A DNA stretch of 64,000 nt from NCBI RefSeq assembly GCF_018977255.1, contig NW_024704743.1, positions 40,116,001-40,180,000 of the forward strand, given 5' to 3'. Numbering within the stretch: the first letter of the stretch is position 1; each line of letters opens with the position of its first letter. This DNA is from Callorhinchus milii. Its lineage: Eukaryota. Both the position numbers and the translations under genes were made by a program. This document shows positions 25,655 to 38,730 of the stretch, piece by piece. The notes beneath the pieces were generated by a model, which made no database searches, had not been told where the DNA came from, and saw only the letters and a list, made by a program, of their open reading frames with translations.

Positions 25655-25945
25655 ACTCACTCCACACGCCTCTGTTTACCTAGCAATAAGTAGGAACATG
25701 GTTGTTAGTTGATTGGCGAATCGCTTTTCTGGGGGTAATAATCCCTTTAAAAGAAATTCTAATAATAATTTGGTCACTCAATCCACTACTGTTTGTGGGA
25801 CACTGCTGTGCACAATTGGCTGCTGCATTTCGCCAACAAAATATACAATCAATTCACTTTACAGTATATTCTGTGAAGCACCTTTGAGATGTCTCAAAGA
25901 TGTGATGAGGCTCTATATTAAATGCAAGGATTATTATTTTATTAT
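25655..25945 (+). mobile_element. Young SINE, long (CORE-like) form, 5'-truncated
   Basis: CTCCACACGCCTCTGTTTACCTAGCAATAAGTAGGAAC..GATTGGCGAATCGCTTTTC plus shared SINE tail. Confidence 0.85.
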
Positions 25946-26027
25946 AATTATATAAAACTTCATCACAATATATACCTCAAACCTTTTCAAAGTAAAAGGA
26001 GAGTGATTACTGTCAAATTATTAAAAG

Positions 26028-26453
26028 AATAATCCTTGCATTTGATAAAATGTCTTTAATATCAGGAGGACATCACAACGCACTTCACAAGAATTTATAG
26101 TAAGTATAGTGACTGTATTTTGTAGGTGACTGTGGCAGCCAATTTGTGGACATCTTTGTCCCCAAAACAGCAATGAATTGAATGGTCAATTATATTTGGG
26201 GGATTGTTGGCCAGAACACCACGAGAAACTCCCTTCTCTTTTCGAATAGTGTTAAGTAGATCTTTAAATTCCACATGAACAGCCAGATGGGAGCTTCATT
26301 TAACATCTCATCTGAAAGAAGCACCCTGAACAATGCAGCACAGCATTTCATTGTACTGTCAGACCAGACTATAGAGATTCAAACTTGTCAGCTTGAACTC
26401 ACAACCTTCTGTCTCAGAGGCGAGAGTGCTATGAACTGAACCAGCCTGACACC
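26028..26453 (-). mobile_element. Deu-domain SINE, full length
   Basis: Tail AATAATCCTTGCATTTGATA; TTTAACATCTCATCTGAAAGA; head AACCTTCTGTCTCAGAGGCGAGAGTGCTATGAACTGAACCAGCCTGACAC. Confidence 0.85.
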
Positions 26454-28269
26454 TGTCAAGTGTACTGACTGTTTCTGTAGGCAACATTACTTCTAAAAAA
26501 TTAACAGTGTAGTTTTCATTTCTTAACACATAAAATGGTTGTGATTCTTCTTCTAATCTACTGTCTCACTGATGTTGGGGCCGATTTGTGCGCTGATGAA
26601 ACTAACAAAAGTTGGTCTCCATTCCCAATCCATTTTTGGTGCCATTTCTGTTTCAAGACCACTCTATCCCCAGCTGCCTAATTTTGATTTGCTATGAATT
26701 TATCTCCTTATTGCAAGAACATTGGTGGTGATTTGCACTATGGGCCTCTTACATTTTTCAATAATGCAAAATCTCTAGTAGCCAAAATTGAACCAAATTT
26801 GGCTAAGCCATATTTTGAATTTGGAGTTGACTCATGATGGTATTTCCATGTGTTATTCCTTAGGGCTGGTGGAAGTAAAAATAGCGGGATGAAGAACGAT
26901 TATTTGTTCCACCAGAGATCTCTTTCATCAAGTAATAATAATAATAATCCTTACATTTTATATAGCGCCTTTGAGATGACTTCTGTTTTGTGGGCAAACC
27001 AAAAGTACATTAACTCTCCCATCATAATCTTGAAATATATTTTGATTGACCCTTTTACCACATCTGAAGGATGAAATTACTGTTTATGTTATGGTTACTG
27101 ACTTCAGCGCCAACAATTTATAATAACAAAATCTTATGAGAAGTCAAAATTGTCAATGTTGAAAAGAATTGATGACAAGAATTTCAGCCCTTTGGTAACT
27201 TATTCCAAACATTTACTACTCTTTACATAAAAAAAATTCTCCTGATATCTGTGCTAAATTCATTTTTCACCAATTTAGATTTGGGGGTCCTCATTGTAGG
27301 CTTATATTAAAGCAATAGTGTTTGTTCTTTTCTGCATGTCCAGATATACAATTTCCACATTTTCAATTAGTGGTTCTTGCCAGGAAGAAACTGAGATTAC
27401 TTCTCTGTAGGAAGGTTGGCTGTTTTGATATAGGAAGAAAAGGAAAATTTGGGCTCATACATGTAAGCACACTCTTATTAAGTTAGATCTCAGGTCTGGT
27501 AGCACTTGGTGAAACTTGGTGAGCAATTTAAACATTGTTATATTGAAATATCTCTGTTTAGGGACCAACCTGTTGCTTGGAATCCTAGTCTGCAGCTGCA
27601 TTACCAAGCAGTATGGTAGGCTCATGATCCTGAAGGTACCTGTACTCAGTCCCTGGCAAGTACAGTCTATCTGTATTGATTACCTGCTGATTATGAAGTC
27701 AGAATGTGTTCACATTCTCCTGGTGGCCTACTGTGGCTTGGGTGTTGCCCTGTCATGATGAAGACTGTTCTTTGGCTGCAAGCTTGAGCCTTGTGAATAA
27801 TTGAGCGTTGGAGGCTTTGAAAAAAGTCAGACTGCTCACCTCTAGCCCATACAAAGCATTGCAGATTTCTGCCATGTCACAGAGCTCAACTCTAGTCTTT
27901 GCAGGGTTCTGTAGTGCTCCAGGGCACTGGAGATCATATTCAGAGGCAATAATTCCAATTGAGTTTTCTGTTTATTTATTTCCTTTCCTGTCTGTAAGAA
28001 GGTATGTAATTGCACTATTTCATCCAGCGTTTTATAAAAACAAAGAACTTTCATTACCACGCAGGCTTTGTGGCCTGCATAATCATGAAAATATCATGTA
28101 TCACCTTTAGGTTAAGAAAAAGACAATTGCAGGAAATTGAGAATCGAGTGCAATTGTATTCGACAGAATACATTAAAAATAGCTTTGACATTAGGTTAGT
28201 TTTTACATGTTTTTTCCTTCCAAAACATAATTTAAGTTGCATACAGATTTAGTATTCAGTCATTACTGT

Positions 28270-28630
28270 GGAGTCCTGTAGCTCAGTGGTTAGAGCCTCA
28301 CCAGTGAGAGGACCTGGGTTCGATTCCCGGGCAGAGTAAAACATTGGGCAAGTTTCCTTATTCCAAAGACTCTGTTTTACCTAGCAATAAATAGAAACCC
28401 GTTGTTAGTCGATTGGCGGATCGCTTTTCTGGGGTTAATAAGCCCCAAAAATAAAATGAGATTGGTCACTCAATCCATGACTGTTTGTGGAACTGTTTGT
28501 GCTTAATTGGCTGCCACGTTTCCCCCACAAAATATACTGTCAATTCATTTAACAGTATATTCCGTGAAGCGCTTTGAGATGTCTCAGTGATGTGATAAGA
28601 CGCTATATCAAAAGCAAGGATTATTATTAT
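28270..28630 (+). mobile_element. Young tRNA SINE, long (CORE-like) form, full length
   Basis: GGAGTCCTGTAGCTCAGTGGTTAGAGC...GGGTTCGATTCCC (A/B boxes), TTGGGCAAGTTTCCTTA..CTCTGTTTTACCTAGCAATAAATAG, shared tail plus (TTA)n. Confidence 0.9.
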
Positions 28631-28635
28631 TTTTA

Positions 28636-29151
28636 TCTATCTTCTTCTACCTATAAAATGACAATGTTGACAAGATTTATACCTCATCGGTAAGGTCTTG
28701 TACTTAGGAGTGACATGGGCGTATTTGTTTTTGCATGTCTCCTATCGTTCATAAGTTATTTTCAGTTTTGTGTTTTTCGCTGCAGTTACACCTGTTGACC
28801 TCCGAGTCAAAGTGGCGCTGTGGCATCATGCGTCACAGAGTACCTACATATGTGCACACACACTGCAGTTACACCTGGTGGCTGTGCCGCTGACATACAC
28901 ACGTACGTAGCCAAGTGGCGGGAAGAAAATGAAGATCACAGACAAAGCTAAGCCATGGCAACAACAAAATTATATTTTTAAGGCGCTGAGTCCTCCTACT
29001 GAGTCTTCCCAAAAAGAACCCTCCCACACGAGTCCTCCCAGATGAGTATAGATTAAGACGAAATGTCTGTCTTGTGTATCTGTCTGTGTGTCAATCTACA
29101 TTCAATATTGGATCCTTTGGGTGCAAGCGAAGCTGCAACGGGTACAGCTAG
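28636..29151 (+). mobile_element. Non-autonomous Helitron-like rolling-circle element (516 bp)
   Basis: 5' A|TCTATCTTCTTCTACCTATAAAA; 3' TGCAAGC-GAA-GCTGCAACGGGTACAG-CTAG|T; no TSD; CpG-richer interior with short direct repeats and a (TGTC)n-like tract. Confidence 0.7.
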
Positions 29152-29984
29152 TTACTTAAATAAAAAGTTCTGTTAAGTAAATAGAAATTGAAGTACCCAA
29201 GCCATAGACTGCCAATACTGACCATCACAGTTAGTTCTAAATTCCCATTAATATCTTTTTAGTTGCGAGATTATTATCTTTACCACCCAAACTATACCAG
29301 TCATCTTATGTTACATAATGGAGTTGAACATAACTTTTTGGCTAAAAATAACAATCATTTTCTTCCACGTTCATCTTATACTAAAGCTGTATCAAAAAGG
29401 CAGCTAGTTTTGCTGATCGATGTTCAATTCCATTTGCTTTTCAAATTGCCAATGTAGAACAAATTTAAAAATTTTATATTTTTTAACAAGTTGCCTGCAG
29501 AACAAAATCCATTACATTTACAACAGTGGAAAATGTTTCTTACAATGTCACAACAGATTTCTAATCAGTGAATATTCTTGTTAACTATGTACGATATAGT
29601 CACTGCAGGAACCTAAACTTTCAGTATGAAACAAATTTCACTCAATGACAAGTGACATGTCAAGAGAGAAGCAGAAATCTAGTTTTGTTTAAAGGTGGTT
29701 TTACATAGGACCTTTTGGGAGAATAAATAGAGCCAGCAGAAAAAAAATGTTTTGCTCTGAGCCCTTTTTTTTATGTCTGCATACTTTATTCTTTCTTCAT
29801 CCATGACTGAGTATTTTTGAATGTCCAAAGTTTTATGCACCTGAATATCAATTCACTTTCAATCTTGGCAATGGGACAGGAAGATGTGGGATAGGAAGGA
29901 CAGTTGTGGGTCGAACTTGACTCCTAAGTTGCGCACTGGTTCAGCGAGTGTAAGGTATAGGCTGGAAAATTGAGCAGGTCAGAA

Positions 29985-30245
29985 CCGCAGGAGAAAAGAC
30001 ATTGACGGGAGTCAAGGAGTATGGCTTCCGTATTGTCAACATTCATCTACATACATCCAGGCCTTGATGTCTACCAGGCAAGCTGATAGAACATCAGAGG
30101 ACCTGGAATCACAGCTGGAAGAGAAGTAGATTTGGGTGTCATCAGCATATACTTGGAACTTTAACCCGTATCTTCGCACACATCGCCGAGAGGGAGCATG
30201 TAGATAAGGATGAGGAGAGGGCCAAGGATGGAGCCCTGGGATACA
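29985..30245 (-). mobile_element. L2 RT fragment
   Basis: Minus strand encodes [20 protein letters not shown] and KFQVYADDTQIY, ACLVDIKAWM. Confidence 0.85.
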
Positions 30246-31334
30246 CAATATGTTTGCTGAAGCAATTTATTATTTTGGATAGGAAGCAAACATTACTTTT
30301 TTCCTATAAGTTGCAATCAAATCAACATAAAGTGTCCCGTTGTATTTGAAAACATTGTGTTCCAATGAAAGATCATTTGGCACAAGCATTATAATGCCAT
30401 TAAGTTTGCAAGATACATTGGAATTTTTTGTTGCATAGCTGCATGGAAAATGAGATTGGGGTAAAGATTTGGGGTCGAACAGAATCATTTGATGACTGTG
30501 GAGCATCTTTTATTTGATACAGGACAGAATTAATGTATTAATACATTGTGAGGTTAGTAAGAACATAAGATGAATACTGGTCAAATGCTAAATATGGCTC
30601 TGTGCTAAAATTGATTATAATGTGTATAAAGCATTATTTATGGATATAATTAAGAGATGAAACTGAATCATAATGTGACCATTTTACACTGAATCCTTGG
30701 ACATGACTGGGATGATTATTGTTATCAATTCTAATCCTTATATTTGGTACAGCACCTTTCACGTTGGGAAGACATCACAAAGCACTTCACAACATATAAT
30801 TTAAACAGGAAGAACATTATATTTTGTAAGCAAGCACAGCATCCAATTTGCGCAAACAGTTGTGAAATTAATTACCAATTTGATCTGGATTGACTGTTGA
30901 TGATGGGAGAGTCTGTTGACATAACTCAAGGCTAGGTTAGTATGGCATAATCTGTACACTTGACTGAGTATGGGGATTAAGCCATGCATGTGATTGCAAA
31001 GTAGCATGTGCATATGGCTCTAGGGTGGTGTTAGCCAGTGTTTGCTCTATAGACCTGCCTATGGATATACTTCAGGTTGGGCTGGACTCTGTGATTCTGC
31101 GTGACAGTTTATGATTAGAAATGATCAAAACTGAACAACTGAACTCAGATCCTGTGGATTAACAGTTTTGCAATTAAGGTACTAAATTCAAGTCATCTGT
31201 CACCAAATTTGCAGCTCTGTTAAAAACAATTATATTTCATTTAACATTCTGAAATTTGTATTAAATCACTTTTAGAACATGGTGCTGGAGAGTATTCAAT
31301 ATGTAGGTAATGTAAGCCCAACTGCCTCATTTTG

Positions 31335-31710
31335 CCATTCTTCAAAGCCCTCCACGGCCTTACCCCTTCCTACCTCTGTGACTGTTCACCCCTTAACAAT
31401 CTGTCTGCTCCTTCTGCTCAGCAAGCTCCGGCCTGCTCCACGTCTTCCACCTGGCCCGCTCCACCATCGACCTACGTGCCTTCAGCCTCTCCGACCCCAC
31501 CCTTTGATACTCCATCTCACATTCTCTTCACATTGCTCCCTCCCTTTCCTCCTTCAAGGCATGTCTCAAGACCCTCCTCTTCCACTGCCCGCCCTCCACT
31601 CCCCTTAACCCAAAACCCCCTCCCCCTGCTCAAGTCCAAAACTCTGACTGTCCAGCACCTTGGGACGTCCTCTCAACATGAAAGGCCCTATACAAAAGTA
31701 ATTTTGTATT
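31335..31710 (+). mobile_element. L2 3' fragment (family A type)
   Basis: FKALHGLTPSYLCD; tail GACTGTCCAGCACCTTGGGACGTCCTCTCAACATGAAAGG. Confidence 0.85.
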
Positions 31711-32420
31711 GAATTGTATTCTTTCAGAACATTAGCAGATAAAACAATCAGCATCCATGCTGTGATAAGAAAAGGCAACTCCATGGTATCTGGAATCCTG
31801 TCCGCCCACTCCAGACAGACAAAATGCTTTACATCTGTCCACAGGAGTGCACAGGCATCCACTTGGCATATACTGACAAGAAGAAGTTCTACAACTTTGC
31901 ACAAAAAAGGAAATTCAACCATCGGCCAATATTAGACTTTCAACTGGTTTTACTTGGCGTAAAGTAAATTTCGACAGCCCTGAGAAAATATCCTGGCACA
32001 TGCAACATAATTTATCTCAGATGCATGTTTTAAAGCAACCAAAACAATTGATTCCTCTGGTCAGACGAGTTAAATAAATCTGCTACACTGAAAGGTGGTA
32101 AGAGATTTGATTCTATTTACGTCAGGTACAACAGTAAGTGTGAAAAGTGGAAGCTTAATTCACTGTTTAAGATGAGTTGTGAAACTACTGTTTTGGAAAC
32201 TTTTGCATGATATTGTAGTATCAGATGCATCAGTTGGGAGGTGGGAGGTTGCTATGAAACAATGAGGCGCATCAAAATACCACATTGTATGAGAAATTAA
32301 GTCAAGGTGAGAAACTTAGGCAGTTTGTTCAGTTTGCACCATGGTAGTTGTCTCCTGTTGCCAGAACAATCATAGACTATGTCAATGACAGCAGTGACAG
32401 TGAGTGTGTTAGTGTGTCGT

Positions 32421-32750
32421 GGAGTCCTGTAGCTCAGTGGTTAGAGCGCTCGCCTTGCAAGCGAGACCCCTGGATTCAATTCCAGGCAGGGCCAAATCTT
32501 GGGCAAGTTTCCTCACTCCACACACCTAATAAGTAATCCCTCCAAAACAAAAACAATAATAAATTGGTCATTTTTAACCCACGACTGTTTGTGGGACACT
32601 GCTGTGCGCAATTGGCTGCCGCGTTTTGCCCACAAACATACGGTCAATTCACTTTACAGCATATTCTGTGAAGCGCTTTGAGACGCCTAGAAGGCATGAA
32701 AAGTGCTATATCAAATGCAAGGATTATTATTATTATGATTATTATTATTA
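32421..32750 (+). mobile_element. Young tRNA-Ala-derived SINE (short form), full length
   Basis: GGAGTCCTGTAGCTCAGTGGTTAGAGCGCTCGCCTTGCAAGCGAGACCCCTGGATTCAATTCCAGGCAGGGCC head; tail and (TTA)n. Confidence 0.92.
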
Positions 32751-34734
32751 GACCAGGCACCCTGACCAGCAGAACATAACAACAGCAATGTCCAGATTTA
32801 TTCAATGTTGAGGAGAGAGAGACTAAACTGAATCTTTTGATGCTGCTCTACAAGTGGTCATTAGAAGCACACAAATGACCTCAATGACTTGTGTTCTTAT
32901 TTCCTTCATGATGTGTATTGCTGTGCTTCTCACCCTGTCAAAATTCCCGAGTTTATATGGCAAATCACAGCATGAACGTATGCCAAGACGTGGCAGTTTA
33001 GCAGTACACTCTACTATCACACACCTATTTATCTTTCAATTTTATTTAAATTTTACAATTTTTTTCCTGTGTCCCAGAAACAGTTGGTGGCTATTATTAA
33101 AGAAGCTTAAAATTCAGAAACTTTTAGATAGCTGTCCTCTAGATAGCAAAGACTCAGGTTAAGATATGAGTCTATGGTCCTGCCTATTCTCTCGTCCCTC
33201 ACAAGCCTGCAGACCCTTGCTAACAGCAAGATGACTTAGAAGTGAGGAGTAGGATCTGTGGTTAATTATGTCTATCCCTCCACCAAAGAATCTGAGGCCA
33301 ATTGTAAGCAACCAAACCTGTGCTTTATTATTTCAACACAGACCAAATATCAATACTATGTTCTTTCCTTCTTTATGTTGCTCAATCTCAGCCACCATGC
33401 ATTACTTTTAGTCTCAAAGCCATTAGGGAGCAACTACTGTATTCAATTTAGTGATGATTTTTCAACAATATCAATTTAAAGTAGCATTCACTCTTTTATG
33501 TGGGGGTGCATGAACAGATGTGTGTTGGACTAATTTGTCGAAAACATTCACAGTAAATTCTCCAACATGAATACAGCATTCAGCTAAATGGCTGTAAATT
33601 TCATTGATGGTGACAAAGGCGGGGTGATAGAGAACGAGTGCTGGACTCACAAAGGTCACATTTACATGTGATATTCCGCATTATACAATCCAGTTCCACG
33701 AGAGAATATTAAAGAGCCCAGTTAGGATTTACTGTCAGGTTGTGCCTACGGCTGAGCGTCACTGTATTAATTGTATTGGATACACGTTAAGAACCAAAGG
33801 ATGAAATGTTTTCCATCCAAACAATCTGACATATTGATTTCTAGAATCAATGCCACAAGCTGTGATTGATACTTGGCCTGGAGACAGGCCACAGTCTGGA
33901 ATAAAACAAAACAAATGAAGTGTAATTACAGCAATAATTTCCGAATGCCGACGCAGCACTTGGTAATTAAAGTAAGCCTAGTTTTTCAAGATCCCATTTA
34001 GGAAATAAACAGAAGCAATTAGTTGTGACTTCATTAATCACTGGGCTGTTATTAGCAAGAGGCGACAAAATACAAGAGAAATGTCATGCAGCTCAAGGAA
34101 TAATGATGTGCATGACAGCATTAAGAGACCAACTAAGCCTTCTTAATATATTTCACATAAATATATAAAACTCCTTCAGACAGACCTGTATCCATTTTAA
34201 TGTTACGGGCTGCAGCAACACAGTGGTAATTGATGAACCTTTTTTGTTTTTATTTTATTGTATCATATTCATAGCGTTTTCATAATCCTTGAAAAATATA
34301 ACGAGTGTTACTTTACTAAAACACAATGAGCGATCGGGAGCCACCTGTACTGCAATCACTAGTGCTTCATTTTTATAATAGGAAATTCCATTGTGAATAC
34401 TAAGTAAAAAATGATTGCTATCAGATGCTCTGTGATAGCAAAAGCATTAACAAAGCCTTTATTCTATTAATTTGTTAAAATATTTCTAATTAGATTATCT
34501 GGAGTCACTGAATAACTGGATGTATCTACTGGAAAGAAAATAGAATTATCAGAAGCTCATATTAATCATGACTGATAGTATTTTTTATTTGATTTAATTG
34601 CTATCCACGTTTAATTTAATATGTATCCAATGTGTTGATTTTACGCTGAACACAAAGCAGGCACTCCAACAGTGGATGGTTGAAAGAATTACATGGAATG
34701 AATCCTTAGATTCATCACGACTTGCCCTAAATGG

Positions 34735-35110
34735 CCCATATTGACCTGAGAGAGCTCTTTAAGATTATGAGGGAGTTGATAGAATCAATAAGGAGATATT
34801 ATTTCTGCTCTCAGTGACTAGTCAGTGACTAGGGGCATCAACTTAAGATAGTTAGCAAATGAGGAAATGGGGAGGCTAGGAGAACTTTTTCCATGCTCCT
34901 GAAAAGTTAGGCCATGGAATGCCCTGTTGGGAATGTTGGCTGAGACAGTATCTCTATTAGCTTTCAAAAGGAAACTAGATGTAAAAAGGAATAAAGTACA
35001 GGGACATGGGGAAAGGGCACGTAAATGGGACTGGAAGGATTGCTCTTAAAACAGCACAGACATGATGGGCCAAATGGCCTTCTGTGCTGTAAATGTTTAT
35101 GGTTCTGTAG
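34735..35110 (+). mobile_element. CR1 3' fragment
   Basis: TTTAAGATTATGAGGG..GATAGA, ACTAGGGGCATCAACTTAAG (TRGH-like), ATGGGCCAAATGGCCTTCTGTGCTGTAAA tail. Confidence 0.8.
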
Positions 35111-36204
35111 CTTTATTTGAGGAATTGTGAGTTAACAATTTATGCTGCATTATACAGTGCAGCAAGATAAAATCACCAAAGACCACGGGTCACTTATCAT
35201 AACAGCTTTCAAGTAAATTAGTTTCTGCTTGTACACAGGGCAAAGGGCAAGACACACTCCATTATATCTTTCAAAACAATGAAAAGATACAGCAATTTCA
35301 AATGGGATTCTCAATAAGTACTCTGAATCACAAACAGGAATTCCCTCCAGCAACAGGAAGCATGTTATCCAGACCCATGGGGACTCCACTCCGATACTAT
35401 TTACTTTCAGAACAGACGTGAGGTACTTCCATTTACCATATGAGACTGAGACACCTCATTCATTTCAGTTTGAAAGACTTGCATTTCAGACCTGCATTGT
35501 ACTTGGCACAGATATATACAGGAGAAAATGCTTACAAAAAGATAGAAATCAGAATATATATTGAAATTCATCGATTTCTTTGAAACTCATGGTTATCAAG
35601 TGAACTCACTATCCAATATTACAATATGTATACTTTGTAAGGTCTCTGGGCAACAAAGATGTTAATGAAAGTGGCCCACATCGCCACAACACTTAGAGAT
35701 CACTATTGATCAGAGTTGGACTGCTAGCTCAATCGACTGAATACTTGACTGCTAAACGGAAGGTTTCTAGTTCTTTCGTACAGAGAAAGTTAACCAGTCT
35801 TAGTTAAGTGGGTCAGATTTTACTTCCAAAACTGAGTTCAAAACTAATGGTGACACATCACAATATTTTTTTTGGCAAATGATTCCCCCTCCATTAACTC
35901 CTCCCACACACATCTCCTGTGCTTCAAAGAATGAAAACTAAATATTTGGCCTGTGTTTTAAAAGGCAACAACAGATTCTGCAACATTCCCTGTCAAAACA
36001 GTGAGTACCCACAAACACCTAAAAATGACATGGTTCTATCTGGATCTCCAGCTCTCTGCTTTACTGCCACTGATAAGATTTAACTTCTTTGTCAGCAGAG
36101 AATCTAGCACATATCCTTGACCTGTGTTCAAATCCATCCCAAAATGATCATCTGAAAATCTCCTCTTCCTGCCTGTGAATAGAGCTAAAACAAATCTCTT
36201 AATG

Positions 36205-36900
36205 TTGCTGCAAAGGTATTTAGATAAGACTATAAAAAAGGCCAATGGGGTCTTGGGGTTTATATCCAGAGGGACAGAATGTAAAAGTGAGGAGGTGATG
36301 TTGAATTTATACACAATCTTGGTTAAAGACTATATTTGGAGTATTATGTCAAAAGTGGGATACAAACCGATGTCTCATTGTGTCCAATTGTGGTTTCCAC
36401 ACTATAAGAAGGATACAGCAGTGATGGGAAGAGTACAGCGAGGGCTTGCAATGACATACCTGGCTGATAGGTTACTGCTATCAGGAGAGACTGAAATAGG
36501 TTCATCCTTTTTTTACTTGAGAAAAGATGTTTAATAGAAATGTTTAAAATTCTAATAGAATGTGATAAGGTTAACATCAATAGGTTGTTTCCATTGGTTG
36601 AGCAGTCTGTAACCCGGGAACACAAATATAAGATAGCGAGTATGGGATCCAAAAGAGAGTTTAGGAGGAACTACTACATGTGGAGGGTAATGAAACTGTG
36701 GAACTTGCCACCTGAAGCATTGGTGGAATCAGATACTATAGATGCATTCAAGAGGAAGCGAGAATTTCACTTGAGGGAGAGGGGAATAGAAGGGTATGGG
36801 AGAGAGTAAGGAATGGGTGATTACTCCTGTGGAATATAAACACCAGAATGGTTTGGTTGGGCTGAATGGCTTGTTTCTGTGGTGTCCATTCTTTGTAATG
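36205..36900 (+). mobile_element. CR1 ORF2 C-terminal fragment plus 3' UTR
   Basis: KKANGVLGFISRGTECKSEEVMLNLY, VQLWFPHYKKD, RVMKLWNLPP. Confidence 0.9.
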
Positions 36901-38479
36901 TTTGTAATGGGCCCACAGCATAAAACTGTCCATGATATGTCCGTGATATAACTATCCAAAGGTATATTATGTGTTAGGAGATAGGGTACATAGTGACACA
37001 GTAGAGGGAGAATTACTGTATGCGACTTCTGATAAGGAAGGTCTGATGCAGATTTACTGGTAAACCAGAAACGTGTATCTGAAGACATTACCCACAATCT
37101 AAAAGTTACAATACAGCAATAAAAATTTACATGTATATAGTGTCTTTCACGTTGGGAGAACATCCTAAGGTGCTTAAACAATCCTGGCTAGCTAAGTTTG
37201 AAAAGCTTGAAAAGTTAAGAAAGATCAGTGTTCTGAGATGTTATTCCACATAAAGGGTGGTATATATTTGATGTAAATTGTTGTTGTTGAAGTACGCTAT
37301 TAATGTGCAACTAAATAGCTTTAGGGCTCTGGTTTGCAACAACAATACTCTGACTACCAGGTGAAAGATGAATGTTCTTGTATCCGAGAAGGAGTAGCAG
37401 AACAGGGAGACTCACCCTGCTTGTCTTGTCACACTCAAAGTGCACTTCACTCAGTGGAATCAAAGGGTCCTGCTGACCCTACTGACTAAAAAGTCCCCGA
37501 ACAGGGTATTTACAATGCATGCACGCATACATGTATGTAGTGCAGGGATGTTCGTACTGTCACTAAAGAGTGTCCCACAAATGTGTGCACAATATATTAT
37601 GTGTGGTATTTTTCTTTTCTGTCAAAGGAATTTTTCAATCCAAGTTTAAACATATACGTTATCAATAAATATATATTTTGTTTACTTTTTTTAAAAAAAT
37701 TATGTGATTCTTAAAAATTTGCTTGATTCTTAATCCTTGAACTCAGACTGAACTTGCCTGGCCAATTGACTTGCTCTTGAGATTGTGGTTTAAGGTATTG
37801 GCACTGTGCTTTCTGACTGTTTGGAGCTGAGATTTATATTTTTTTGCTTGTGGGACTGGGTTTGGTTTAATAAGGCTAATGTGGGTGAGTGGAGACAGTC
37901 TTGCTCACTAGAACTTCCTCAATTGCAAACTGTGAAGACATGGATTTTTATTTCACTTTTAACTGACTTTGCTCTAAATTTAGCATCACATTTTTGTATT
38001 TCTGAATTTGTACACCAGAAGGACGAGTTATTCCCTAGCTACCTTGCAATTCCTTCAATAATCGTAAATACATCAACCAGAAAACACATAACCTCTGAGT
38101 TTGAGGAATATAAGCCACCTTTACCCAGCCTTTCAATAAAAGAAAATCCTTCCAAGCTGGGCATCATTGTGATGAATCATTGAAGGACGCCCTCCAAGGC
38201 TAATATAATCTGCCTCAGACATGGGCCCCAAAACTAAACACAATACTCTGAATTTGTTCTGGCTGGTGTTCTTTACATGTAGCAATATTTCTTTTTTTAT
38301 TTTCTGGACGTTTATCACAAAGCAGAGAATTCAGGGGCAGATGCACCAGCTGCAGAAAAATATTCTGCTTCTGAAAGTGACTACATTTAGTGACGGAAAC
38401 GCAATAGTCAATTTGCGCACAGCAATGTCCCACCATCAGCCATCATTCAAAAAGCAGTTTGACGCTGCTATGGGAAGAT

Positions 38480-38730
38480 GTCAAGATGGGTATTCCAGAG
38501 GGTTGAGATCAGAGGGATGAGATCTTGCTCCCTCTCAACCCTCTTTCAAGGTATGTCAGAACATGTACCTATTTCACTATGCTTTTGGTCATTTTTCCCT
38601 TCCTCACACCTCATCCCCCTCTCAGGTCCCCCAGCCAGCCCCCCTCCCCCACCCCACCCCCACACTCAGCTTTAGTGCCTAGACAGAATTGTCAAGCTCT
38701 CTGAATGTAACAGGTGCTATAGAAGTATAA
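38480..38730 (+). mobile_element. Degraded L2 3' fragment
   Basis: CTTGCTCCCTC..TTTCAAGG..TGCTTTTGGTCA..C-rich tract..GGTGCTATAGAAGT. Confidence 0.55.

Noticed and set aside
32421..32493. tRNA-Ala gene (also at about 9135-9209, 28270-28340 and 63190-63265)
   Set aside because: Each runs directly into a SINE body and tail, with a poor acceptor stem and no Pol III terminator; these are SINE heads
37495..37556. Hairpin around the palindrome CATACATGTATG as a miRNA precursor
   Set aside because: Short stem in alternating purine-pyrimidine low-complexity sequence
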